A stretch of DNA of 64,000 nt from Pavona decussata (taxonomy: Eukaryota). Positions 1-10,360 of the stretch are shown here, in pieces. How positions within the stretch are numbered: position 1 is the first letter of the stretch; each line of letters starts with the position of its first letter. The stretch covers positions 310,001-374,000 of the forward strand of contig CDRNST010000035.1 of assembly GCA_977016875.1 (NCBI GenBank), given 5' to 3'. The notes beneath the pieces were generated by a model that saw nothing but the letters and a program-made list of their open reading frames with translations, had not been told where the DNA came from and ran no database searches. The translations under genes and the position numbers were made by a program.

Positions 1-370
1 AGCTTCAATGTCACTATCTTATACAGTTGTAAGTTAGGGGACTTGGCTGAAAGGGAGGCTTATGCAACTTTGGCTCTCTTTCAGCATTTGGGCACTTTTA
101 AAATAGGTGAAGACGCTCGTTAAAAACACTCTGCTGAAAGAAGGTGCTTATTGGAAGGAATGTGTCAAAGCAAATAATTTTGGTACAGTGTATGTCATAT
201 TATTAAAATCTGTATCATTGTATAATGCAATTCTAGGGATTTGATTGGCTTAGCGGCCATGGTATATGAGCCATTATACCATGCTCGAGGAATGGTGACC
301 ATTAAATTGTCTTCTGGTTGTTCTTTCAAAGTGAAATCAGCAAGATCTGGCAATAATTCTTCTTTGTTTT

Positions 371-425
371 TAATAAAACAGTTATTCCACTTGCGCTTGT
401 TGGGTTATAGCCAACTCGGCGCCAT

Positions 426-459
<34 letters not shown>

Positions 460-487
460 TGCGCGCTCGTGGAATAATTGTTAATTA
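371..487. mobile_element. Short palindromic MITE-like repeat
   Basis: Outer arms AACAGTTATTCCAC…GTGGAATAATTGTT and inner arms ATAGCCAAC…GTTGGCTAT form a nested inverted repeat. Confidence 0.6.
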
Positions 488-744
488 TTGAAGTACTATT
501 GAGAGCATTAACTGCCTTACATAGAATTTTGGATTGCTTTTCACTTTTGCTCAGATTTTGCCAGCATGTGGCCTTCATTTATTATTCCCAAAATATTCAG
601 TAGCCAAACAGTGCAGCTGTAGTGAGGCAATGGGTGCTAGAATAAATAAATTATAGCAGGTCTCTTTCTTCATTGCCTTGCAGGCACATGTAAGCTGCAT
701 ACATATCATGTATGTCTTATTATTTTCTTGAACAAACTTTGCAG

Positions 745-3700
745 ATACATTAGATCGTATGTACAAAAGCCATCTCCTGTCAGCTGTAAGTGTGAGCTCA
801 ATCTATAGAGAAGTAAGTACACCTCCTTATTTATCCCAGAGTTAATTTATTTTACTTGAGGTTACAGTAAAAGGGCTAATATTAGAACTAAAATCTCTTA
901 CTGCAGAAGGAGATGTTTCTGAGTCGTGATGAATTACAGATGAGCATTCGCGGAGCTGAAGACAAAGAGATTGAAAGACAAGTATGTGCTGACTTGATCT
1001 GTTATTTTTTTGTATTTATATATGGTAACATTGGCTGTTGTTATTGCATCAGAAGATTATTCCCCTGAAAAGGGACATACTTCTTTTTCAAATCTGTTGT
1101 TGTTTTAGTTAATGGTTAGCTTGGCTCACTCACTTTTTTATGCTTTTATGGCCCATGTGAATAATTATGTTCCAGCATATCATCTCCCATTTCACCTTTT
1201 TGAAAATATAAGGTGGCTCTTAACCCCTTCCCATGGAAGATGCTGATCACAGTTCCATTATAAAAAGTGGGGGTCACTAAGCTCGTTTTTGAGTTATAAC
1301 TTAACTTACAGCTAAAATTAGGGTTGTGTTTAACAGGTTATAATATACTGTTGCTGTGGTAACCTGTTATGTTGAGAAAGTGAGCATGACTTGTTCACCA
1401 ATGACGAGGCGTTTGTTTGAAGCAATTGTTCTGATACCTATTGTGTATTATCAACTTCTAAAGAGTGGTAGTATTGATCTGTCAAAGTATAAGTGCTGAA
1501 AAGTGCTGCAAACTGGTTCCAGGCACCTTAAACCTCAATGTACAGCTGTACATGTACATGATGTGTGAAACAGTGTAATAAAACAATGATTTTGGTCACT
1601 CAATCTTGATGAACATCAACTCAACAGATATATGCATTATACATTTACAACGTAATTTTCTGGAACACTCAGTATTGTTAATATTGTAATAAATGGCTGC
1701 AACTGGATGACAAAACTTGAAACCTTCTGTGTTGTTACAGATGGAGCTTTGTAAAGAACTCATGATTGCTGCCAAGGGAGGTGATGAGGAAGAGGTGAAA
1801 AGAACTATTGAAGAAGGAGTTGATGTTGACTACCAAAATGAGGTAATGATGCTTCTGTAATAGAAAGTAAATAATTATTATGGTAAAAGAAATTCTACAA
1901 TGATGAGAAGTGTGTGGGAGAAATGTTTCTCTCTTTGTGGAGTATTTTGTTAACCCTTTAAAATATTCATTCTCAACACCTCAATGAATATACTCTTTAT
2001 GGCACGTGAAATGATAGAGTAGTTGTAATCTTTTCTCTGTTATTTAGTGCTTCTAATCATATTTATATAATTATTTATTTGACTGTCTTTATACCGTAGT
2101 GTCTTGTATTGTTGTCACTGACCATCCTTGTAATTCAGCCTTTAGGCTGCAAGAGGGATATCAATAAACTATTATTATTATTATAGTACATTGTTTTGAA
2201 AAATGTTGTCAATTTTGAAAGTTATTTTTTGATGGGTTTTCCAGGAGTGTAGTCTTGTGCACCTTTCTTTGTTTTTGAACAGTTTATTCATATGTGCATG
2301 AGCTCTCTTCTCTCGCTGAGATGATTGATATTGAATCACCCTACAGTCTTGTCCATTTTGTAGCAGTGATGGCTGCCTATTATTGACACCTTTGTTAGTG
2401 TTCACACAGTTTTTAATACTGAATAATTATCAGTGAATTCATATTCAGTTAGCTTTTTAAATAACTTTACAGTTTGGCCAATCAGCTATGATGGTTGCCA
2501 GTTGGGAAGGACACCTAGGGATTGTTGAGACCTTGCTAAGTGCTGATGCAGATCCTAACCTCCAGGAAGGGGTAAGCCATTTTTCAAGCATTTTTTATAC
2601 TGTTAAGGAGGCTTGCAATAGTTTTTCTTTCATTTGGGTGCATCCTTTCAAATCAGAATTTGTTGAGTCCTCAAATGTAATAAATTTCCCTCATACTACA
2701 CCACCATTTAAAAATATGATTCGATTTTATATTTTGGTTGGTTTCCAAGCGACAGATGTTACCATAGCAATGGTAACACAAAGCCGTTCAGTTTAGATGT
2801 CGTCAATGGTCTCGAAATCTACTGTAGTGAGGCACTTTACAATGAAACTTTTAGGATATGAACTACTCCACCTAGACAACTTGTCAGTTTATCTGTCAGA
2901 GCATTTACAAGTAAATAAAAAATCAATTTTTATGGGCCGGTTTTAGTTATACTCGCATTTTTTGTTAAAATCGTACGAAAAATGAAACATATCACTTTCT
3001 CATTTCTGTCCAAAGGTCTTTAATCATGGCAAACATTCTGAACGTACATTGAGCTTCATAGGTGGCTGCGATTTTAAGATATTTGTGTTTTAAAATAGCT
3101 AAAATACCAGCACAAATTAGTCGGAAAGGTCTTAATTTGCGTAAAACAAGATATTTCAAAAACTTCCTTGTATATTTTTCTTTTAAACTGTGAGCCATTA
3201 GAAGAATAATTCTCTAAGATGTTCGTTCGTTGTAAAGTGTCTCGCTAGATTTTGAGATAATCGGCGTTATTGAAAATGAACGGCTTTGCATCATCGTTGC
3301 TATGGTAACAGCTATTGCTTGGAAACCAATGGAAAAAGAATAAATTTGATCATAGCTTGAAAAGGTACGTAAGGGAAATCAATGTGAAATTTTGACTTGA
3401 AAAGATCGACTCTGAGGCTGGAAAAACTGTTGTGGTCCCCCTTACCCTTGAAGGTTATACAAACTCTAACATGCAAACAGCTGGTACGGTGGTGAAGTCA
3501 TTAACAATGCACATGCGTAAGCTGTGCTGTTCAAGACACCCACGTGTATTGTAAGTGGAATGCTTATAGTACAACTGGAAGGCAGTGTCAGTAGTGTTTA
3601 TTGTTTCACCATATCCTCAAGATTGTTTGCTTTTAATGTATTTTTATTTTTTTGAATTTTGTAGTTTGGCAAGTCAGCACTGCATGAGGCTGCAATAAGA

Positions 3701-6700
3701 GGTCATCATACCATTGTTCATCGTCTGATCTCTGCTGGAGCTAAAATCAATCTAACTGATGAGGTTTGTATTTACACGACTTGTTTAGTTGTAACATTTA
3801 ACATAGAATCTTTTGAGATATTAGACAAGGTTGTACAATATAACAATGAAAATTAGGATGTATAAAGTAACTTCCAAAACACTGTTTTCTTGGATGCCTG
3901 ATGATATCACATCATGATTTCCAACAAATGGCAGCCGTTTTGATCTGTTATCTTGCATTTCTTATTTTTCCAATCGGAAAGACAGAATAACTTTGAAATG
4001 GTCTAACAATATAAATTGTTACCAACAACAACAGCAACAACAAAGAGACTTTATTAAGAAAATAACGACAAGGATTACACTAACCCACAAACAGCTGTTG
4101 CTATTCATATCCAGGGGCGGGTTAGTTACAGTAAATTGTTATGCTTCACACGTAAAGCAAAAAACAAAACGAAACAAAACAAAGCAAGACAAAAAATCAC
4201 AAGTGTTCATGGAGCGCGAAACTTCACAAATAATGATGACTCATGCTTAAATAAATTACATACATAAATTCAAGGAAAACCCGCAAAATTGTGTGGCTTT
4301 TGCTTGGATATTGATGATGATGGATTCTCCTGTCGATACGACAGATGAGTAGGCAGACAAGTCATTAGACGAGGTGAGTCCTCATGTGGGAATGAAGAAC
4401 AATTCGTGACGAACACGAGCGGCCAACAGATGCTGCATGAGGATGAGTCCACAGAAGCGGGGCGCTGTTTCCTCCTCTCTTTCTTTGCCAGGATCGCAGC
4501 TGCTCTCATAGATACAGTCGAACCTGTATATAACGGCCACCCTTGGGACTTGAGGAACTGGCCGCTTAATACAGGTGGCCGCTTAATACAGGGTCACTAA
4601 AAATACTCACTGGGCGTTGTCTAATGTCATTTTAATAGCGTATCATACAAAAACACTCCACGCAAGGTAACAATAGGAAAACCAACACTCGTTTAAGCGA
4701 TCGATACTTTAAACAAAGTTCAATGCCAACTTGTAACTTACGGTATAATAAGCATAACATTGTGTAAAAGTACTATGCAATAAATTGTCCTCTACTCTTC
4801 TACGGTATACAGTGCTCTATTTCTATGACTTACAGTTCACAACAAAATATCTCATTCCGTCAGTTCATAGTTGTTAAGCTCAATGGTCAATGTCACATGG
4901 CTGAAGAACAAGTTGATTAAAGAGGAATTTCTTGCTAAAGAGTGAAGCATATTCAAATCAAACTTTTTTTTAGCGTTCGTGTTATGGTACTGTACTTCAG
5001 CACATTGCGGACATCTGAAAAGCGTGCACCATATTAAACGGCCGAGTATCAGCTTACAGTAGCTCTGTACATGCTATTTCTTTATAGTGATGCTGGATCG
5101 CATTTTAAACACAATAAAATACCGCATAAAATAACACATGGCTTAGCATCCATTCAAGGGTGGCCGCAATACGGGTAAAAATAACAAAGAAAGACAAACA
5201 TAGGACTGCTACAGGGTGGCCGCGGCCGCTTAATAGAGGTGGCCGCCTAATACAGGTAACAAATACAGCGTTTGTATGAGCAAACAATCGGGACTTTGAA
5301 AACTGGCCGCTTAATAGAGGGTGGCCGCTCAATACAGGGCCGTTATATACAGGTTCGACTGTATTAAACATCCAAAGTCCGTGGGAACAGATTCTAACCA
5401 CCCCCCCCCCCCCCCCACGGGATTGGCCAGCTTCAAAGCTGTCCTGAGCATCTCAGCCTGTAAAAAAATAGAAATAGAACATGTGCTCCTGCTTATAGAG
5501 GCCGGTTACCCTTCTGTTCAAAATCATGTGTATGATCATTTTATTTTCACATCCATAAGTCCAATTTTTAGCGTTTCTCCTTGTTGACAGGAACACAAGA
5601 CACCACTCCACTGTGCAGCTATGAGAGGAAAGAGAAGAATAGTTGAAGTCTTGCTGCTGTTTGGCGCAGATGTGGCACTTCTCACAAAGGTAACTGTTTT
5701 GGATACCAGGCTTATGCCATCTTTCTCTCATTGGCGTTTCGTTAATATCAATTTTTCCTGATAGCTTATGTCAGTAGTTAATCGTCCTTTGCGTTTGAAG
5801 GACATAAGTTGGGTCAAACGCACTGGGATAATCTTGCCTCCAGCTCTATTATGCACTTCTCAATCAAGGAGTTGTCTTGTCAGACTGGTATCATTCCCTA
5901 ACTCATTCAATAGTAGTCACTATGGCTTTCATTGGCTGGCTTCCTATGCCATAAGTCTGAAAAACCGTTCCAAAAATGCGTTGTTGCCATACTGACAACA
6001 TGTCCCAGCAATGCCACCGTTTCCATCAGAGGAGACTAATCAGGGGAGTGGAGGGGTGCTTGTATAGTTCTACGGTGCATTTGTATCTATCTCTGTTGTG
6101 CCAGTGAATGCCAAGTATCGTTCTCAACCATCTGTTGTGGGAGCCTGAAAAACGTTTTTTTCCTGCACAATGTAGCCTCACACGCAGTCGTTTTTAGGGG
6201 ACTCGTATTACCTCCGTTTGTGGGGAGGAGGTAATACGAGTCCTCTAAAAACGACTGCGTGGGAGGCTATGCACAATGGTGCTCCAGACTTCTGCACCAT
6301 GTAACAAAGTTGTTATGACAACAGTCTGGTAGATTCTAATCTTGGTATTGAGCTTGATGGAGTTGTAACCTACTAAAGGCATCTGCACGTCCAGTGCGAT
6401 TATCTAGGTGAGGGGTGAGCTGGCTATCATGTGCCATTTTGCTACCAAGGTAGACAAATTCTCTCCAAATTCTTGAAGAATGTAAACAGACCTTTGAGCG
6501 ACGTTAATGAGAATGTCACAAAACCAAAGCAGTCAATGAGCATCACAATAGCTCTACACGTGCGTTATGAATTTTGTTACATTTATGTCCTGTCCCCTGC
6601 AAAACAAGAACGTGAAATAACCAAAACTCAAGTTTTATGGAGAACGTAAATCCACAAAACGGTGAATGTATAATTTTCTATCTGCTTGAACGCCGTTCTA

Positions 6701-7927
6701 CCAATTCAGTTCCTGCATTGTTTGGGTACATAGTGCAAGATGTACTGACCGAAATAAACTCGAAAAAGTTCAATAACGTAATGTCACATTTTCAAGTGAC
6801 GTTTTTGTTGGCGTTGCTGTCGTGGCTCTTAAGGTTCGTTATGTTACTGTCCATGTCATGCGGGCTATTGTAACCTTCCTTCAAGCAATGAACTGTTGTC
6901 CTCTCAGAGTCATCAGTGAGTCCTCTTATCTTCTCGACCCGTGACGTTGAGAATAAGGTTACGTCTAATTTTCTTACTTTCTTGCCATGTACATGTAATT
7001 TTTTCGCCACGCTTACAAACCAGCTTCATTTTTTTAATTATTTTGTGTGATTCTATTGTTCAGTATGGTGAATCCGCAGTTGAACTGGCCTATTCATACC
7101 ACCATGATGATATTGTGGTTCTTTTAATGTCCTCCCGCGATAAGGTGAGTGCTGTTGTTGTGCACTGGGTTTTTAAAACTATTTGTCTGTGATACTATTT
7201 GTGTATGCAGTGAAAAGAGCATGATTTACTGTGGCTTGCTCATCAAAGTTTAGTTGTGTTACTGGTTTGATTGCTAATGGCTGTCATTTGTTATGTTTTG
7301 TAGAAAACTCGTAGAGAGATGGAAAGTCAAATAAGAAAGCAGAAGTTACGACAAATGAGCTCAGCAACGTCTTTACCAAATTTGTCCAAAGTAAGGATTT
7401 ATTGTTAGTAGTTATTTTAGTCGTATTCTGTTATTGTTGTGTTTTGAAGGGTGGCTTTCATCCTATTTTAGTTTGTTTTCTTTAGTTTACCCGTTGGAAT
7501 GCACGTGCCATTGTTTTGGTGGGGGTGGGGGAAAGGGAATTATACCAATTGTAAACTGCTAATGATAGGAAACAATTTCATAGTACTCCTTGTTCTAGTA
7601 GCGTTGCAAATATAAAAGAAAATGGAGTAAACTTTGAAAATGCCGCCTACTCTTTTCGAAATCCTCTTCCATCCTTTTTAATTTGTTGTTACATTTGTTA
7701 TGAATAATGAACGGAGGGTGTCTTGATGCTATTTCTGTCTTTAAGATTAATTTTGGAGATGGGTTTTAGGTCCTTAATTTGAGGTAAACCCGCTTTCATC
7801 TCGCAAACTTTCTCAGACCATTAAAATGTTCCTTCTTATCTCGCAGGTGTCATCCATGAAAGACCTTTCCCGTTCGAGAAGCCGACCAGACTTGCGCAAA
7901 AAGAAATCCGTTTGCCCCATTCAATGA
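745..7927 (+). CDS. Ankyrin-repeat protein with C-terminal polybasic CaaX motif (spliced; 5' end uncertain or outside window)
   Basis: Exons with AG/GT boundaries join in phase 0: 745-812, 907-981, 1741-1842 (MELCKELMIAAKGGDEEEVKRTIEEGVDVDYQNE), 2473-2571 (FGQSAMMVASWEGHLGIVETLLSADADPNLQEG), 3665-3763 (FGKSALHEAAIRGHHTIVHRLISAGAKINLTDE), 5591-5689 (EHKTPLHCAAMRGKRRIVEVLLLFGADVALLTK), 7064-7144, 7304-7390, 7847-7927 (…LRKKKSVCPIQ*). About five ankyrin repeats. The first two exons are less certain. Confidence 0.88.
1207..1531. mobile_element. Degenerate non-autonomous DNA transposon (TTAA-flanked, Kolobok/piggyBac-like)
   Basis: Termini TAAGGTG…CACCTTAA. The internal GTTGCTGTGGTAAC motif is also seen in the element at 2603-3445. 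Confidence 0.45.
2095..2184 (+). mobile_element. 3' tail of a non-LTR retroelement
   Basis: …CAGCCTTTAGGCTG… hairpin followed by AATAAA and a (TAT)n tail. Confidence 0.45.
2603..3445. mobile_element. Non-autonomous DNA transposon with ~250 bp imperfect TIRs (TTAA-type)
   Basis: Left arm TTAAGG…TTGGTTTCCAAGC…TGTTACCATAGCAA…CAAAGCCGTTCA…CACTTTACAA mirrors right arm TTGTAAAGTG…TGAACGGCTTTG…TTGCTATGGTAACA…GCTTGGAAACCAA…CCTTA. Confidence 0.75.
4515..5361. mobile_element. Non-autonomous Tc1/mariner (pogo/Tigger-like) element
   Basis: Perfect 24-bp TIRs CAGTCGAACCTGTATATAACGGCC, TA on both sides (4513-4514, 5362-5363), subterminal repeats of (G)TGGCCGCTTAATA; no transposase ORF. Confidence 0.92.
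6173..6269. mobile_element. 97-bp hairpin MITE with 9-bp target-site duplication
   Basis: Near-perfect palindrome TAGCCTC…GAGGCTA flanked by TGCACAATG at 6164-6172 and 6270-6278. Confidence 0.9.
6490..6832 (+). repeat. Dispersed interspersed repeat (related copy at ~54565-54670)
   Basis: AATGAGCA..ACAAT..CTCT..AC.TGCGTTAT…TTTTG.TAC.TTT…AAAACAA.AACGTGAAAT is shared between the two loci. Confidence 0.55.
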
Positions 7928-9284
7928 AAACAAGAGTGGCAACAAGCAGAGGTAGATAGAATAGATAGATTTTCTTCTTCAGAGAAATCCTTAGTTTTAG
8001 TTCAAGTGCTGTTGGAAGTTTCACTGCTAACTTGCAGTGGTAACGGACCATCACAAGATCAATCGCACAAAAATTAGTGAAATCCCGATCCACCCAATAC
8101 GAGGGTTGTAATTATCTTGCAACCAGGTTGTGGTAATAAGAAACTACGATATTTTGAAACTGTGGCTGATGCCTGCAGTACAGCCGACATTTTGTGAATG
8201 AGCGAGTTGCAAACTTGGGTGTGTCTATCGGCTGGAGCCTTACTTACTCTCTCTTAAATGTAGATTATATCTTGTGAAATTATCCCACGATATTGGAATA
8301 GATGGTTACTTTGCACCACACGATTATTCATCGTTTTGTGTAAACTTTGCAACCGTCAAGTGAATGGCCTGAACGACATTCTTCTCCTGTATATTTATAT
8401 ATTTAATCTCTTATTTTTAAGGTAATTTTAATAGTAATAAGAATTATTATCAGTAGACAGCTGCCTGGAGGAACAGGATCCATCCGTTTGGTGAGGTTTG
8501 TAGGTTAAGGGAGACAACCTTGATGATACAAAAAATACACATTACCCCAAGTTATGGTTTCATTTCTTAAAGCCGAGGGTCCATGTTCCATACAACTGAT
8601 CCCAAAAAACATGCAATTTGTGCTTTTTGTGCTTCTTTTTTTTTTCTGTCATTATTGTTGTAATTTTCCTCAATCTGACTTCACGCTTCCTATTAACATG
8701 TTTGATTTCATCAATGTACGGTACACATTGTGTAGTACAATTTAATACCGACTTATTTGGCTCCATTCATTATTTCTGTAGCTAAAGGTTTACTCGTTTA
8801 TGGTTTATGCGAACTGCAGCTAAAAATGTAAGAAAAATTCCTTTGTGAAGGAGCTTCTCTAGTTACAAAGGAAATCCAAGTGAAGCGTTAACCAGGCACA
8901 GACCGTTGATTTTGTGTTTCTGTTATTGTTGTGTTTTGGTTTGCTAAGAGGAACAACGATATAAATGTTCGATATGCGTTATACTCGGCATTGTGGTCTC
9001 TTATTCTTGGCTTTGGGTGGATTTTAATACTTGTAAATAATGTACTTTTTCACAGGAGATAGCCACGCGTTTTTAAAACTTTATTGCCATTGTATAAGTA
9101 TTGCAGAGATCAAATAGCAGATATTTTTATAGGTTTTTTCAGTGAAATATTTACAGTTACAAATACGGTTACCCGAATAGTAGTTTTTAATAGAAAATAA
9201 ATTTACGATCTCTAGCAAGCTTTTCAAGTGTTAAAATATTATCTCGCTAAGGTGAAGCTGTATTAACATGAAATATAGAAGTTT

Positions 9285-9290
9285 AATAAA
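9285..9290 (+). promoter_or_regulatory. Candidate polyadenylation signal of the ankyrin gene
   Basis: AATAAA at the end of a U-rich 3'UTR-like stretch, followed by a GT-rich downstream element (TGTTGTGGTTTT). Confidence 0.35.
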
Positions 9291-9554
9291 ACAAGTTCAG
9301 TTAAATCTTGTCTTCATACAATATATGTTGTGGTTTTCTGTAGAGTGACGTCATTTTTAAGTTTATAGGTAAAAAATCTGCTGAAATTAAACTACTGTTA
9401 AGTGCTTTGTTTCGTACTGCCTTTACCACCAAGAGGAAGATATCAGTTGCTTTTCTCAGTGGAAGAACCAAAAACCATAATCAGTTTTCAGTGATTTGTC
9501 CAAGACATGACTAAAGAGAAGAACTTGAATCCATCCATGCGTCCGTCCGTCCTT

Positions 9555-9736
9555 NNNNNNNNNNNNNNNNNNNNNNNNNNNNNNNNNNNNNNNNNNNNNN
9601 NNNNNNNNNNNNNNNNNNNNNNNNNNNNNNNNNNNNNNNNNNNNNNNNNNNNNNNNNNNNNNNNNNNNNNNNNNNNNNNNNNNNNNNNNNNNNNNNNNNN
9701 NNNNNNNNNNNNNNNNNNNNNNNNNNNNNNNNNNNN
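9555..9736. other. Assembly gap
   Basis: Run of N preceded by a (TCCA/TCCG)n microsatellite. Confidence 0.99.
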
Positions 9737-10217
9737 GTCCAATTTTAATTTTACAGCCCGTTATCATCCTGGCCATCTGTACCTAAATTCGTTATTTTAG
9801 CTTCAGACGACTAATTTATTTATTTTAAACAACACTGAATCATTGTTTGGTTTCCTTTTATTCGAAAGTTTTTTACCTTGTTTAAAATAAGGCTAAATTT
9901 AGGCGAGATACCACACCATTTCAATCCGATCGTGAATGGTTATTCCTTTACCGACAAGATGCTGTACGGTTACAATTATTTTGTACCTTTCGCTGAAAAG
10001 CCAGGAATTTCTCAAGCATGGTACTTTTTCAACTTCGTCTGAAAACTACTGAAGAATGTCGTTTGCTTTAGCCTCGTTGTAGGGCGAGAAGTGTAGGCAC
10101 TGAAATTTATGAACACATCGGACCTTGTTTTTCAAAGAGAAGGGAATCAAAGCAGTAGATAATAAAAAAGTTTAATTCAGTTCCTATCCCCCTTTTTAAT
10201 TAAAAAAAAAATATTGC

Positions 10218-10360
10218 GCTGGCTGGCTCGCTGATTGACTGACTGACTGACTGACTGGGTTGTTGATTCAGTGACTGACTGGCGGATTGGATAGCTGATT
10301 GACGAACTAACTGGCTGGTTGGCTGGCTGACAGACTGGCTGTTTGATGGTTGATTGACTG
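10218..10360. repeat. Degenerate tetranucleotide microsatellite (CTGA/CTGG)n
   Basis: Directly visible; explains the spurious S/Q-rich ORFs here. Confidence 0.9.

Noticed and set aside
4750-4770. AGCATAACATTGT resembles part of cnidarian miR-2030 as I recall it
   Set aside because: Partial match only, inside a transposon, and no precursor hairpin.
9456-9800. ORFs spanning N runs (also 51069-51499)
   Set aside because: Artefacts of assembly gaps.
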